From: an uncultured delta proteobacterium
Lineage (GTDB): Bacteria > Desulfobacterota > RBG-13-43-22
Direction of reading: 5' to 3'
Assembly (NCBI GenBank): GCA_963843145.1
Contig: CAWJJC010000017.1
Coordinates: 32,001-96,000 of the forward strand
DNA: 64,000 nt
Shown piece after piece: positions 18,442 to 27,869 of this stretch. The position numbers and the translations under genes are program-made. The number at the start of each line of letters is the position of its first letter. Positions within the stretch are counted from its first letter, which is position 1. The notes beneath the pieces are model-generated. The model was not told where the DNA came from and made no database searches. It saw nothing but the letters and a program-made list of their open reading frames with translations.

Positions 18442-19322
18442 CCAAAAATATTTGAAATATTTTTGGCTTCTCGCAGCCGTTTTAATGTTTGAATATTGAT
18501 TTCATCCCAGGGGCGGTCCTCCTGTTTTCCTTTGGGGGTTTCCAAAATAAACGGCCGGCCCGACAAGCGGGGATCCCGCAGGAGCCTTTCAAAAGTTGGG
18601 ATCCCCAGTCCCCCCAGCCCGATCTGTTCATGGCGATCCCCCTTGGCCCCCAAGGACGTTTTGGAATCATTGGCATGAACCACCTTCAGCCGTTTCAGCG
18701 TAATCAGCCGGTCAAAGGACACAAAAAAATCCTCGTAGGTTTCCGTCCGGGAAAGATCATACCCGGCGGCATAGACATGGCAGGTATCCAGACAAACCCC
18801 CAAACGCGCTTCATTCCGGCTCAAGCCGATGATGTCCCTCAAGTGCTCCAGACGGGAACCCAATTGGGTCCCGGCGCCGGCAGTGGTTTCCAGCAGGATC
18901 TGAATGTCAGGCACCTCCGCCCGGGACAGGGCCCTGTCAATCCCCTGGGCAATCCGCCGCAGGCCGACCTTCTCCCCCGCCCCCTGGTGGCTCCCGGGAT
19001 GAAGAACCAGGAAAGGAATTCCGAGCCGGGCCGAGCGCACCAATTCCAGGGCCAGGGTGAGTCCGGATTTCCGGCGCAGGCCCGGATCGGGTGAGGCCAT
19101 GTTCAACAGGTAGGAGGCATGGGCCACCACCGGGGCGATCCCCGTCCGGACCTGCTCCCGGGCAAAGCACTCCACCTCTTCCAACGACAGATCACCCGCG
19201 GCCCACTGCACATTGGGCTTGACAAAAAGCTGGAGGCATTCCCCGCCCACGGCCACGAGGCGCTCAAAAACCCGATGCAACCCCCCGGCCATGGACATGT
19301 GGGCGCCGACAGGATTCACCAC
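18438..19322 (-). CDS. nfo: endonuclease IV
   Basis: GAHMSMAGG, HASYLLN, HPGS, LETTAG, DTCH, HANDSK, DRHE, ILETP. Confidence 0.96.
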   Translation of the reverse strand: MVNPVGAHMSMAGGLHRVFERLVAVGGECLQLFVKPNVQWAAGDLSLEEVECFAREQVRTGIAPVVAHASYLLNMASPDPGLRRKSGLTLALELVRSARLGIPFLVLHPGSHQGAGEKVGLRRIAQGIDRALSRAEVPDIQILLETTAGAGTQLGSRLEHLRDIIGLSRNEARLGVCLDTCHVYAAGYDLSRTETYEDFFVSFDRLITLKRLKVVHANDSKTSLGAKGDRHEQIGLGGLGIPTFERLLRDPRLSGRPFILETPKGKQEDRPWDEINIQTLKRLREAKNISNIFG

Positions 19323-19328
19323 TCTCTC

Positions 19329-22127
19329 CTATTCATATCCGAAAATTTCCTTGATCTCCAGAGTCCGAGGGTGACCTCGACGGGTAAACTCCAGTCGCAG
19401 ATACCGTAGCCTTCGGCTCGGAAATCGTACGTCCCAGGTCTTTTCGCCGTCGCGGAGCAACCCCCACCCATCGAAATAAACCGGTCCGGACCAGGTCACC
19501 ACAGGGATCTCTTCCCAAAGAATTCCGTCCTGAGAAGCGGTTATCGTGGGGTGGATTCCTCCCCCCGGCGCCTCCAGGTCCACCCGAAGGCGCTGAATCG
19601 GCCGCAGGCTACCCAGGTCAATCCGGAGGTTCCCCTGCCCTTTGGTCCAATCGGGTTTCCATCCGGTTTGCCGCTTTCCATCCAGGACCGCCTTGACCTC
19701 TGCACCCGAGGCCAGCGCCGTGACCTTCCACTGATCCCGGGAAATAAGCCGATCCCTTTCCTTCCCGCCGTTAAAAATGATCAAGGTTCCTCCCTCGGCC
19801 GGGACCGCCATCCAGGCTGCCGGTTGCCCCGTTAACAGCGACCGGGTTTCTTCGTCATCGGCCTCCCTTTTTAAGAATAAAGCGGTCCCCTTTTGAAGGG
19901 CCGTTGGATTTATAACCGCCGGCGCGGGTCCGATCCGACCGCAGGAATTGACATACAGATTGGAAGGAACCGTTTGAATGGCCCCGTTGGAAAGTCGGTT
20001 GATCCGGGCGGACAACCAGGGATCGGCATAAAAATAACGGACTCCTTCCCGGTTCAATAGCGAGAGCAGTTTCGGTGGCGAAGGATTCTCCGCCGGCCGA
20101 GCTCCCGGGCGGTAAATGAAAATTTCATTGGCCGACCAGGAACGAACGGAGGTCTTCCCCTCTTGGACAAAGCGAAGATAACGAAGGTCACGGGGAGGAA
20201 AAACGACCTGGACCCTCCCCCGTCGGACTTTCAAGTAGGCCTGAGGCCCGGCGGAAAAAAACGGGCCTATATAATCAGAAATCTCTGCCAGAGATAGCCA
20301 GTTTCTCCCGTCCAGGGATCCTTCCAACCGAAAGCTCTGAGGGATATCCTGCCAGAGGGGGACCCCAAGATCCATCCGCCCGAGGCGTTCTCGTTTACCC
20401 AGATCGACGGTGACCCATTGGCCCGGCTCCTGTGGTCCGTTGGTGGTCCATCCGCTGGCCGCATCCCGGTCGGCTAAGTTGCCCGCCGCGCTTGGATTGG
20501 GATGGACCGTCAGGGTCCAATCGCGGGGGGATACGGCCTCATAATCCTGGATGGTCTTCCCTTGATACCGGATCACGACAAACGGTCCTATTTGGTCTAC
20601 CTCCGGTTGCCAACCCAAGGCTTTTAAGGTACTCGTAATCCCCCGGGTCAACTGGTCGTTTCCAGCAGGCTGCCAGCCCGTCACCCAAGGAGGTTTATCG
20701 GCCCCATCCACCAGGACGGCCAAGGGGAGGTATTCCTCCCGCCAGGGATCGGCAGCCACGATTTTTCCTCCGGTCAGGAAGGTAAATTCATACGAGGTGA
20801 TCCCGGGCGCCTCTTCCACATAAATCCTACGCAGGCCGCGATCCTCTAACCACTGTCTGAGGGGGGCCGTTTGCCGCCTCAACGCCTCCCAGCGCCTCTC
20901 CGCGGGGGGTACCGAACCAGCGGTATCCTGCCAATTGATCCAGGATTGGAATCCGAGCCATCCGGCCAGCACCCCGATGGCCAGGGCTTTTTTCCGATTC
21001 AGCGCTCGTTCCAGGGCCTCCCCCATCCAGACCGGCAATACGGAATAGAAGGGCAGCAGGTAGCGGATGCCCGTACCGCCGATCTCCCCTCCTCGCGGGG
21101 TAAATAGGACCAGGACCAGATTCGAGGCCAAAATCCCCCACAAAATAATCCTGCCGGCCCCGGGCAACGACCGCAGACCCACCACCCAGGCCATTTCCCC
21201 GGCATCCCGCCTGAGGGCCGAAGCCAGGGCGAACGTTCCGAAAAGCACCAGAAATACCGCCACCGCCACCTGGACCGGCCTCCCCAATCTATCCGGCTCA
21301 AACCCCAACAACCGGGGGAAGCTTTCCGTCAAGAGCAGGATTCCCCTATCCGCCAATCCGATCGGGGCCCCTCCCACACGGAAGGTGGCCAGTCGGGCGG
21401 AAGGGAAGTGACCCAGTTCATAGAGCCACATCGGCAGGCTCCCCCCCAAAAAGCCCAGGGGAAAGAACCAGAACCGTTTTCCAAACCCCAAACGGGTCCG
21501 CAGGGCCAGCAAACCCAGGGGGATCAAATACACCACAATCAACAAGTTGTTCCACCAGCCTAATCCGCCCAGGAGACCGGCCGCCAGCCAATCAGCCGGC
21601 GCATTTCTCCGGCCGAAGAACAGGGAGCGGGTCAGGAGCAGCAACAGGTTTCCGAGCAGCAACAGGAGGGGATAGTTCAAATTCCCGTTCAGGCTCCACT
21701 GATTGAGCAACAGGGCCGGGACCGCCGAGAGGAGGGCATAACAGGCGGCGGCCCGTCTCCCGGAAAATCTCCGGGCCACCAAATAGCCGGTCCCCCAGAG
21801 GGTGAGACCGGCCCCGTAGGCGAAGCAGTCCAGGGCCAGGGGCGAGGCCCCGAAGATTAGGAACCAGGGCGCCAGCAGGTAGGAGGGGAAAGCTCCCATA
21901 TATTCCACCCCCAATTGGTGAATGGGGAAATCTCCCTGGAGAATACCCAGGGCCGGGACCGCCAGGCGGACTTCATCCCAATGGGCCCAAAGCCCGAAAT
22001 GGCCCCAAAAACGGAGCCCGCGGGAGGCCAGGCCCCCCAGGACCAGGATCCCGAGCCACAACCACCCGGACCTTATTCCGGCCGGACGATTCATTGGGGT
22101 GGGAACAGCCTGGGCATTCATGATCAT
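19329..22127 (-). CDS. multi-TM GT-C-fold (ArnT/PMT-like) glycosyltransferase with C-terminal F5/8 discoidin domains
   Basis: W-D-E motif after the first TM and many TM helices; discoidin signatures ADRD..SGWTT..PQ.PGQWVTVDLG, SLDGRNW, RYLR. The 5' extension to 22292 is encoded by a repeat, so the start was moved. Confidence 0.75.
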   Translation of the reverse strand: MIMNAQAVPTPMNRPAGIRSGWLWLGILVLGGLASRGLRFWGHFGLWAHWDEVRLAVPALGILQGDFPIHQLGVEYMGAFPSYLLAPWFLIFGASPLALDCFAYGAGLTLWGTGYLVARRFSGRRAAACYALLSAVPALLLNQWSLNGNLNYPLLLLLGNLLLLLTRSLFFGRRNAPADWLAAGLLGGLGWWNNLLIVVYLIPLGLLALRTRLGFGKRFWFFPLGFLGGSLPMWLYELGHFPSARLATFRVGGAPIGLADRGILLLTESFPRLLGFEPDRLGRPVQVAVAVFLVLFGTFALASALRRDAGEMAWVVGLRSLPGAGRIILWGILASNLVLVLFTPRGGEIGGTGIRYLLPFYSVLPVWMGEALERALNRKKALAIGVLAGWLGFQSWINWQDTAGSVPPAERRWEALRRQTAPLRQWLEDRGLRRIYVEEAPGITSYEFTFLTGGKIVAADPWREEYLPLAVLVDGADKPPWVTGWQPAGNDQLTRGITSTLKALGWQPEVDQIGPFVVIRYQGKTIQDYEAVSPRDWTLTVHPNPSAAGNLADRDAASGWTTNGPQEPGQWVTVDLGKRERLGRMDLGVPLWQDIPQSFRLEGSLDGRNWLSLAEISDYIGPFFSAGPQAYLKVRRGRVQVVFPPRDLRYLRFVQEGKTSVRSWSANEIFIYRPGARPAENPSPPKLLSLLNREGVRYFYADPWLSARINRLSNGAIQTVPSNLYVNSCGRIGPAPAVINPTALQKGTALFLKREADDEETRSLLTGQPAAWMAVPAEGGTLIIFNGGKERDRLISRDQWKVTALASGAEVKAVLDGKRQTGWKPDWTKGQGNLRIDLGSLRPIQRLRVDLEAPGGGIHPTITASQDGILWEEIPVVTWSGPVYFDGWGLLRDGEKTWDVRFPSRRLRYLRLEFTRRGHPRTLEIKEIFGYE

Positions 22128-22160
22128 CCTGCTCGTCTCCGCCTCTATTATCTTCTTTCT

Positions 22161-22268
22161 ACGCTTTGCCCTTTTGGGTGGGTACCCCCCCGAGATCTGG
22201 TATGGCCGTGGGGTCTCGGCGAAAGGGTTTTCCAAAGGTACTCCGGACTTCGAATCCGGGCCTAAATT
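22161..22268. repeat. ~105 bp dispersed repeat (family C)
   Basis: Nearly identical to 27025..27128 (GCCCTTTTGGGTGGGTACCCCCC..AGATCTGGTATGGCCG..GGGTCTCGGCGAAAGGG..TTCCAAAGGTACTCCGGACTTCGAA.CCGGGCCTAAA). Confidence 0.9.
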
Positions 22269-22415
22269 ACTAACTTTTTCAGTTCCGTTCAATAAGAAGC
22301 CGGCCTATTTTACATTTGCGTGCTTAATAAAAATACTATAAAAATGAGGAATGCCGCTCGAAAAAAAAATTACCGCGGATAATATGAAGACAAACATCAT
22401 CCTCCGAATATTCTT

Positions 22416-23639
22416 ATGAAAATCGAAACGGTCAGAAAAGTTGATTACTGGATTGGCATCCCGGTCTGCCTCCTGCTTTCCATCCTGGGTTGGGCCCGGA
22501 GCAGGCTTTTCCCAAAAAAAGAGCCGGGCCGGGCGTTAAAAAAATTCCTGCTCATCGAGCTGTCCGAAATGGGCAGCGCCATTCTGGCCTATCCAACGAT
22601 TAAGGCCATTCAGCGAGATTATCCCGAAGCCGAGCTGTATTTTATGATTTTTGAAAAGAACCGGGCCAGTGTGGACATCCTGAATCTCGTCCAGAGGGAA
22701 AACGTCTTGACGATCCGTGAGAAATCCCTGGGATCTTTTCTGGGCGATGTGGTTAAAACGGTGGTCCGAATGCACCGGGAAGGAATCGACGTGGTCTTCG
22801 ATCTGGAACTGTTCACCCGGGTGACGGCCATCCTGACCTTTCTAAGCGGCGCCCCGGTCCGGGTGGGCTTTCACAGATTCCGGATGGAGGGATTATACCG
22901 GGGAAATCTGCACACCCATAAAATCCAGTACAACTTTCAGCAGCATATCAGCAAGTCCTTTCTGTCCTTTTTGGACGTGCTCCGCTACCCGACCAAGGAC
23001 TGGCCGACTATGGACGCGGCCATTCCGGACAGCCGTCTGGAAACGGCCTTGTATCAGGCTTCGGAATCGGGAAAAATCCGGATCCGGGAAAAAATCCGAA
23101 AACGGTTTCCAGAATTCGGCGAATCCACTCAGATCGTCATTTTAAATCCCAGCGCCGGGGAAATCCCTATCCGGGCCTGGCCTCTGGAAAATTATGTAGA
23201 GCTAGCTCACCGATTATTGCAAGACCCCCACCGGATCGTCGTCCTCATGGGAGCCGGCGCGGACCAGGAAACCACCGGCCGACTGGCGGAAAAGTTGTCT
23301 GATCAGCGCTGCCTGGATCTGACCGGCGAGACCACCTTTGAAGAGTTGATGGACCTATTCTGCGTCTCGGAGGCCTTGATCACCAACGACAGCGGCCCGG
23401 CCCACTTCGCGTCTTTGACCGGGATAAGAAATTTTGTTTTCCTCGGTCCCGAGTCCCCTTATCTTTACAGCCCTTTGGGCGAAAACACCCACGTTTTTTA
23501 TTCGAAATTCCCCTGCTCTCCCTGCCTGACCGCCTTCAACCACCGCCACACCTCCTGCCTGGACAACAAATGCCTCCAGGCCATCTCGGTGCCGGAAGTC
23601 TGGGAAGTGATCACCGAAAAACTATCCCGCGTTAAATAA
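22416..23639 (+). CDS. glycosyltransferase family 9 (heptosyltransferase-like)
   Basis: SEMGSAIL, RAWP.ENY, DLTGETT, ITNDSGPAH and C-terminal CSPC...C..NKCL. Confidence 0.88.
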   Translation: MKIETVRKVDYWIGIPVCLLLSILGWARSRLFPKKEPGRALKKFLLIELSEMGSAILAYPTIKAIQRDYPEAELYFMIFEKNRASVDILNLVQRENVLTIREKSLGSFLGDVVKTVVRMHREGIDVVFDLELFTRVTAILTFLSGAPVRVGFHRFRMEGLYRGNLHTHKIQYNFQQHISKSFLSFLDVLRYPTKDWPTMDAAIPDSRLETALYQASESGKIRIREKIRKRFPEFGESTQIVILNPSAGEIPIRAWPLENYVELAHRLLQDPHRIVVLMGAGADQETTGRLAEKLSDQRCLDLTGETTFEELMDLFCVSEALITNDSGPAHFASLTGIRNFVFLGPESPYLYSPLGENTHVFYSKFPCSPCLTAFNHRHTSCLDNKCLQAISVPEVWEVITEKLSRVK

Positions 23640-23736
23640 AAGGCCGCCGGCAACATTATTAGACGGCGGCTATCGGAATGGTGCGTCGATGGCTACGACG
23701 TGGTGCAACCATCTGTCGATCCGGGAATATCAAATA

Positions 23737-24174
23737 CTACTCCTCAAGCAGGATCAATTGGAGATAGATGTGGGTAACGGAGACGGGGGCAATTTGGACG
23801 CGGATTTCACCACCGGGAAATAAGTTGGTCTGAGTGTTGAGATAAGCTGTTCCTGCCGTAAGACTTGCGGCGAGTGCCGCTTCGGCTCCAGATACTGTCC
23901 CGCCATTCACGGCAATAAAAGTCGGACTGTATGACGCGGCCAGGGTCATATCTAACGTACGGACGTAATCTCCTGAAGTCACGCCGGAAGGGAAACCAGG
24001 GAATGTTGGGACCGTCGTGGCGACTCCGGTATTCGTGGTTGGTAGCTCAGGACTATGTATGTGCGACGCGGTAACATTCCCTAAAAGACCACTGAAGGGA
24101 ACATTCAGACTCAGTGTGTGAAGTATATCATCGTAATCGATATCTGCTCCGGACTTTACAAATCCCTCTGCATC
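23737..24174 (-). pseudogene. 5'-truncated CHRD-domain gene
   Basis: Open frame FSGLLGNVTASHIH...TFPGFPSGVTSG...AYLNTQT.LFPGGEIR (normally YLNIHT..FPGGEIRG); no start codon or signal peptide before the upstream TAG. Confidence 0.7.
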
Positions 24175-24281
24175 CTAAACTTCCCTTAAACGGGGGCATG
24201 ATCTTCGAAAATCTCGAAATCCTGACCAAAGGTTTGGATGGCTTTGGCGGCCTCGGCCAACGGGCTCAACCCATCCGATTG

Positions 24282-25169
24282 TCAGCCGACCATCTCGCGG
24301 ATAACCTCTTTTACGGAGAGGATGTCTTTGACGAGCTTTGAAATCTGCCCTGCAGGAAGAATCCCCACATGCACATTCCCCTTGATCCAGGAATCCTCCA
24401 TGGCAGGACCACCGAAGACCGACATCGCTTGAGTCTCTCCACCTCTGATTCGCTCCGTCAGAGATGTCCGCAAGGCTCGAACTTGGAAACGTCCCAGGTC
24501 AATGAGCACAGTCCCCAAGTCATTTGCTTCAAGGATGAGGTTCTTGTAGTTGTCATGCGCGACGCATTCCTTTGTGGCTATGAATCGCGTTCCTACTTGG
24601 ACACCCTCAGCCCCGAGAGCCATGGCTGCCCTGTACCCCCGGGAGTCCCCTATTCCTCCGGCAGCGATTACCGGAACCTTGACCTCGTCCACAACCGCGG
24701 GAACCAGAACCATTGTTGATGGTCCCCCAAAGCCCTGCACCCCACCTGATTCACTGCCTTCCGCCACAATGGCGTCCGCGCCCAACGCCTCCGCCTTGCA
24801 GGCAGAATCGACGGTCGGTGCTACGACCAGGACTTTTACCCCACGTTCACGGAGAAAGGGAATCAACTGCTTTGGAGATCCCCCGGAAACTGTCACGGCG
24901 CCTATGCCTTCCTCGGCCATCACTGCGGCGAATTCCAACGCCTTGGGATTCATGGCAAAGAGGTTCGCTCCAAAGGGTTTTTTCGTACGCTCCTTGGTGG
25001 ATCGTACCTGATTACGTACAACTTGTGCATCAGTCGCGAAAGCCGTCGCGAGAAGGCCGTAGCCACCCGATTCAGAAACCGCGGCCACGAGCTCCGGATT
25101 ACATATTACTCCCATGGCGCCCTGAATGACTGGATAATCAACACCTAAAATTTCAGAGACACGCGACAT
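24282..25169 (-). CDS. nitronate monooxygenase / FabK-like flavoprotein
   Basis: YPVIQGAM, AEGSESGG, VPVIAAGGIGD, GVQVGTRF, PAGQ. Confidence 0.88.
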   Translation of the reverse strand: MSRVSEILGVDYPVIQGAMGVICNPELVAAVSESGGYGLLATAFATDAQVVRNQVRSTKERTKKPFGANLFAMNPKALEFAAVMAEEGIGAVTVSGGSPKQLIPFLRERGVKVLVVAPTVDSACKAEALGADAIVAEGSESGGVQGFGGPSTMVLVPAVVDEVKVPVIAAGGIGDSRGYRAAMALGAEGVQVGTRFIATKECVAHDNYKNLILEANDLGTVLIDLGRFQVRALRTSLTERIRGGETQAMSVFGGPAMEDSWIKGNVHVGILPAGQISKLVKDILSVKEVIREMVG

Positions 25170-25349
25170 TCTTCTGTACCTCCATTTCAGCCAGAATTAT
25201 GTAGATTTTTTTCTGCTCCTAGGCGTCCACAAAGCCCACAAGCCGGCAACTTCTAATAGATGGCGTCAAGGTGGATTACTCCCCCTCCCTGGACCATGTC
25301 CTTGGGAGTGGCCAGATTTCCTTGCCCAAGGATATCATTTTTGGTATCA

Positions 25350-25537
25350 TTACAGTTGACGAATACCTGAAAACCTGCAAGAGGATCGGGCGAGAACCGG
25401 AAAAGCCTTTCTCCGGTCGGTTCATGGTGCGGATTCCTTCCGAGCTGCATTGTGCCATTGCCCTGGCGGCCAAGAGGGAACGCAAGAGCATCAACGCCTG
25501 GATCGCCGAAATTTGTGAACAAAACGTTTTTGCTTAG
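25350..25537 (+). pseudogene. C-terminal part of a HicB-family antitoxin
   Basis: VDEYL..CKRIGREPEKPFSGRFMVRIPSELH..IA.AA.R..KSINAW is the HicB/RHH C-terminus; the N-terminal part is not recognisable and there is no hicA. Confidence 0.7.
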
Positions 25538-26982
25538 CCTTTCACCACCCCAAGCGGCCGGAGCCGCGCCACCTTTTTAGAAATCCCGGCGCCGTGAACC
25601 ACCTCCACCACCTGGGCCACGTCCTTATAGGCCTCGGAGATCTCTTCCACCACCGTGCCCATTCCAGCCCCCCGGACGATGATCCCCTTATCTTCCAGCT
25701 CCCGGAGGACGGCATGACCCCGGGCGGCTTTTTTAGCAGCCTGGCGGCTCATGACCCGTCCGGCGCCGTGGCAGGTGCTGCCGAAGGTCTCGGCATAGGC
25801 CTGTTGGGTCCCCAACAGCACATAGGAGTAACGACCCATATCCCCGGGGATGATCACCGGTTGCCCCAGTTCAAAAAAATCAGGAGGGATCTGGGGGTGA
25901 CGGGGAGGAAAGGCCCGGGTGGCTCCCTTGCGGTGAACGCACAGCCGTCTGATTTTCCCTTCAACCAAGTGATCTTCAAACTTGGCAATGTTATGGCACA
26001 GGTCATAAATCAATTCCAGTCGAAGATCCTTCGGTCCGCGTTGCAAGACCCGCTCCAGGGTTTCCTGGACCCAGTGGGTAATGATCTGCCGGTTGGCAAA
26101 GGCGAAATTAGCCGCCGCCGCCATGGCCCCCAGATAGTCCTGCCCTTCCGGGGAATTGATGGGGGCGCAGCACAATTGCCGGTCCGGGAGCTCGATGCCA
26201 TACTTGGCCGTGGCCCGGATAAGCTGTTTGATGGAATCGTCGCAGACCTGATGGCCCAGCCCCCGGGAGCCGGTATGCACCATAACCGTCACCTGATCTT
26301 CAAAAAGCCCCAGGGCCCGGGCCGCCGCCGTTTCATAAATCGTTTCCACGTAGCCCACTTCCACAAAATGATTCCCCGATCCCAGGGTTCCTAACTGGTC
26401 CTTCCCCCGTTCCAGCGCCCTGTTGGAAACGAGGTCCGGCCGAGCCCCTTCGATGCACCCCGCCTCTTCAATATGTTCCAGATCCTTGGGCGATCCATAG
26501 CCCTGCCGAACGGCCCATTGAGCCCCCTGCTGGAGGACCTTTTCCTGGTCTTTCGGAGAAAGTTTAAAGTCCTTGCGGTGGGACCCGACCCCGGAAGGGA
26601 TGTTGCGGAACAGGGCGTCCACGATTTCTTTCATTTTTCCTTGAAGGTCATGGCGGCTCAACCCGGAGCGCAGCAGACGCACGCCTCAGTTGATATCATA
26701 GCCCACCCCGCCAGGGGAAACGATCCCCTCCGCAGGGTCAAAGGCCGCTACTCCGCCGATGGGAAACCCGTACCCCCAGTGGATGTCCGGCATGGCCAGG
26801 GAATTCCCCACGATCCCCGGCAGCCAGGCCACGTTAGCCACCTGGTTCAGGCTCTGGTCCTTCCGGATATCCGGCAACAGCTCCGGAGAAGTGAAAACCA
26901 GGCCGTCGGTCCGCATCTTCCCCTCCCGGGGGATTCGAAATCGATAAGGATCGATTTGTTCCATCTTGATTTTATCCGCCAT
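25534..26982 (-). CDS. rtcB: RtcB RNA ligase, 482 aa, in-frame TGA at codon 99 (putative selenocysteine)
   Basis: The two ORF-track pieces are in one frame: [60 protein letters not shown] and the terminal VVKG are all intact. Confidence 0.93.
26656..26669 (-). promoter_or_regulatory. candidate SECIS hairpin in rtcB
   Basis: GCTC-CGGGTT-GAGC beginning 16 nt after the UGA, extendable by GGCG...CGCC pairing. Confidence 0.55.
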
Positions 26983-27024
26983 ACGCCCTCCCCTAAAATT
27001 TTTCTGAACAGAGAAAAATTTAAG

Positions 27025-27336
27025 ACGCTTCGCCCTTTTGGGTGGGTACCCCCCAGATCTGGTATGGCCGATGGGTCTCGGCGAAAGGGCTTTCCAAAGG
27101 TACTCCGGACTTCGAACCCGGGCCTAAAATACCAATTTTATTTGAAGCAGGCCCAAACTCAGAGGCTTTTGATGCTTCTTCGGCCGGCCCTGCCTCTGTG
27201 AAGATTTAGTAACATGGGGGCCGGGTTAGAACCTATAAAGCAAGGTGGAAAACCCTTTCGCCGAGACCCATCGGCCACGAAGGCCTGATTTCAGTCTAAT
27301 CTACCAGATATTGTGGCCACCCACCCAAAAGGGCGA
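27025..27336. repeat. family C repeat plus a diverged inverted partial copy (MITE-like, ~310 bp) between archease and rtcB
   Basis: 27025..27128 matches 22161..22268; 27246..27336 (GGAAAACCCTTTCGCCGAGACCCATCGGCCA...CCCACCCAAAAGGGCGAA) is its reverse complement with an insertion. Confidence 0.8.
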
Positions 27337-27352
27337 ACAACCAAATTTAAAA

Positions 27353-27823
27353 CTAAATATCAAAAATCACCCTGGCCCGCCAGCCTTTCGGGGTTTCCCG
27401 AATCTGCACTTGGTGATAGGTTACGGCCTTAACCCCGTGTTTGAAACCGTGCCGTTCCGGATCGTAATCCTCCCCCCAAACCCGGGCCTTCAGCGACCGA
27501 TCGTTCAGCTCCTCGATTTCAAAACGGCTGAAAACCAGACGGCGGGCGTCGAATAAATACAATAGTTCTCCCAGCCAGGCCACCAGCAGGGCCTCGCGAT
27601 CCGGCGCTTCGACCGAGACCTCCAGCGGTTTTATCGGTTTAATCTTCCGGACGTCCACCAGGAGGTCAAAAAAAGCCCAGGCCGATTGCTCGAAAAGGTC
27701 AGCCCGGTCTTTGCCTTGAACCGTCATCCCCAGGTCCCCGGTGTGGCTGATTAAGCGATAGGGCTTCCGGCTGAAAGTCATGGGGCTATTGTAACCCAAG
27801 GCAGTTTCTTCTTGCAATCTCAC
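27353..27823 (-). CDS. archease (RtcB activating cofactor)
   Basis: YRLISHTGD, L..WLGELLY, VKAVTYH and C-terminal VIFDI; the real start is probably MTFSRK. Confidence 0.92.
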   Translation of the reverse strand: MRLQEETALGYNSPMTFSRKPYRLISHTGDLGMTVQGKDRADLFEQSAWAFFDLLVDVRKIKPIKPLEVSVEAPDREALLVAWLGELLYLFDARRLVFSRFEIEELNDRSLKARVWGEDYDPERHGFKHGVKAVTYHQVQIRETPKGWRARVIFDI

Positions 27824-27869
27824 TGTTTACCTATTAAAAACCTAATTCAATTGATCCACTGCTTTAGGA

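Noticed and set aside
22128-22292. N-terminal extension of the 987 aa ORF
   Set aside because: It is the translation of the family C repeat; an RBS-like AGAGGCGGAG precedes ATG 22127.
25534-26982. rtcB as a split gene or pseudogene
   Set aside because: The pieces are in frame, the only break is a TGA at the conserved Cys with a downstream hairpin, all other motifs are intact and archease is retained.
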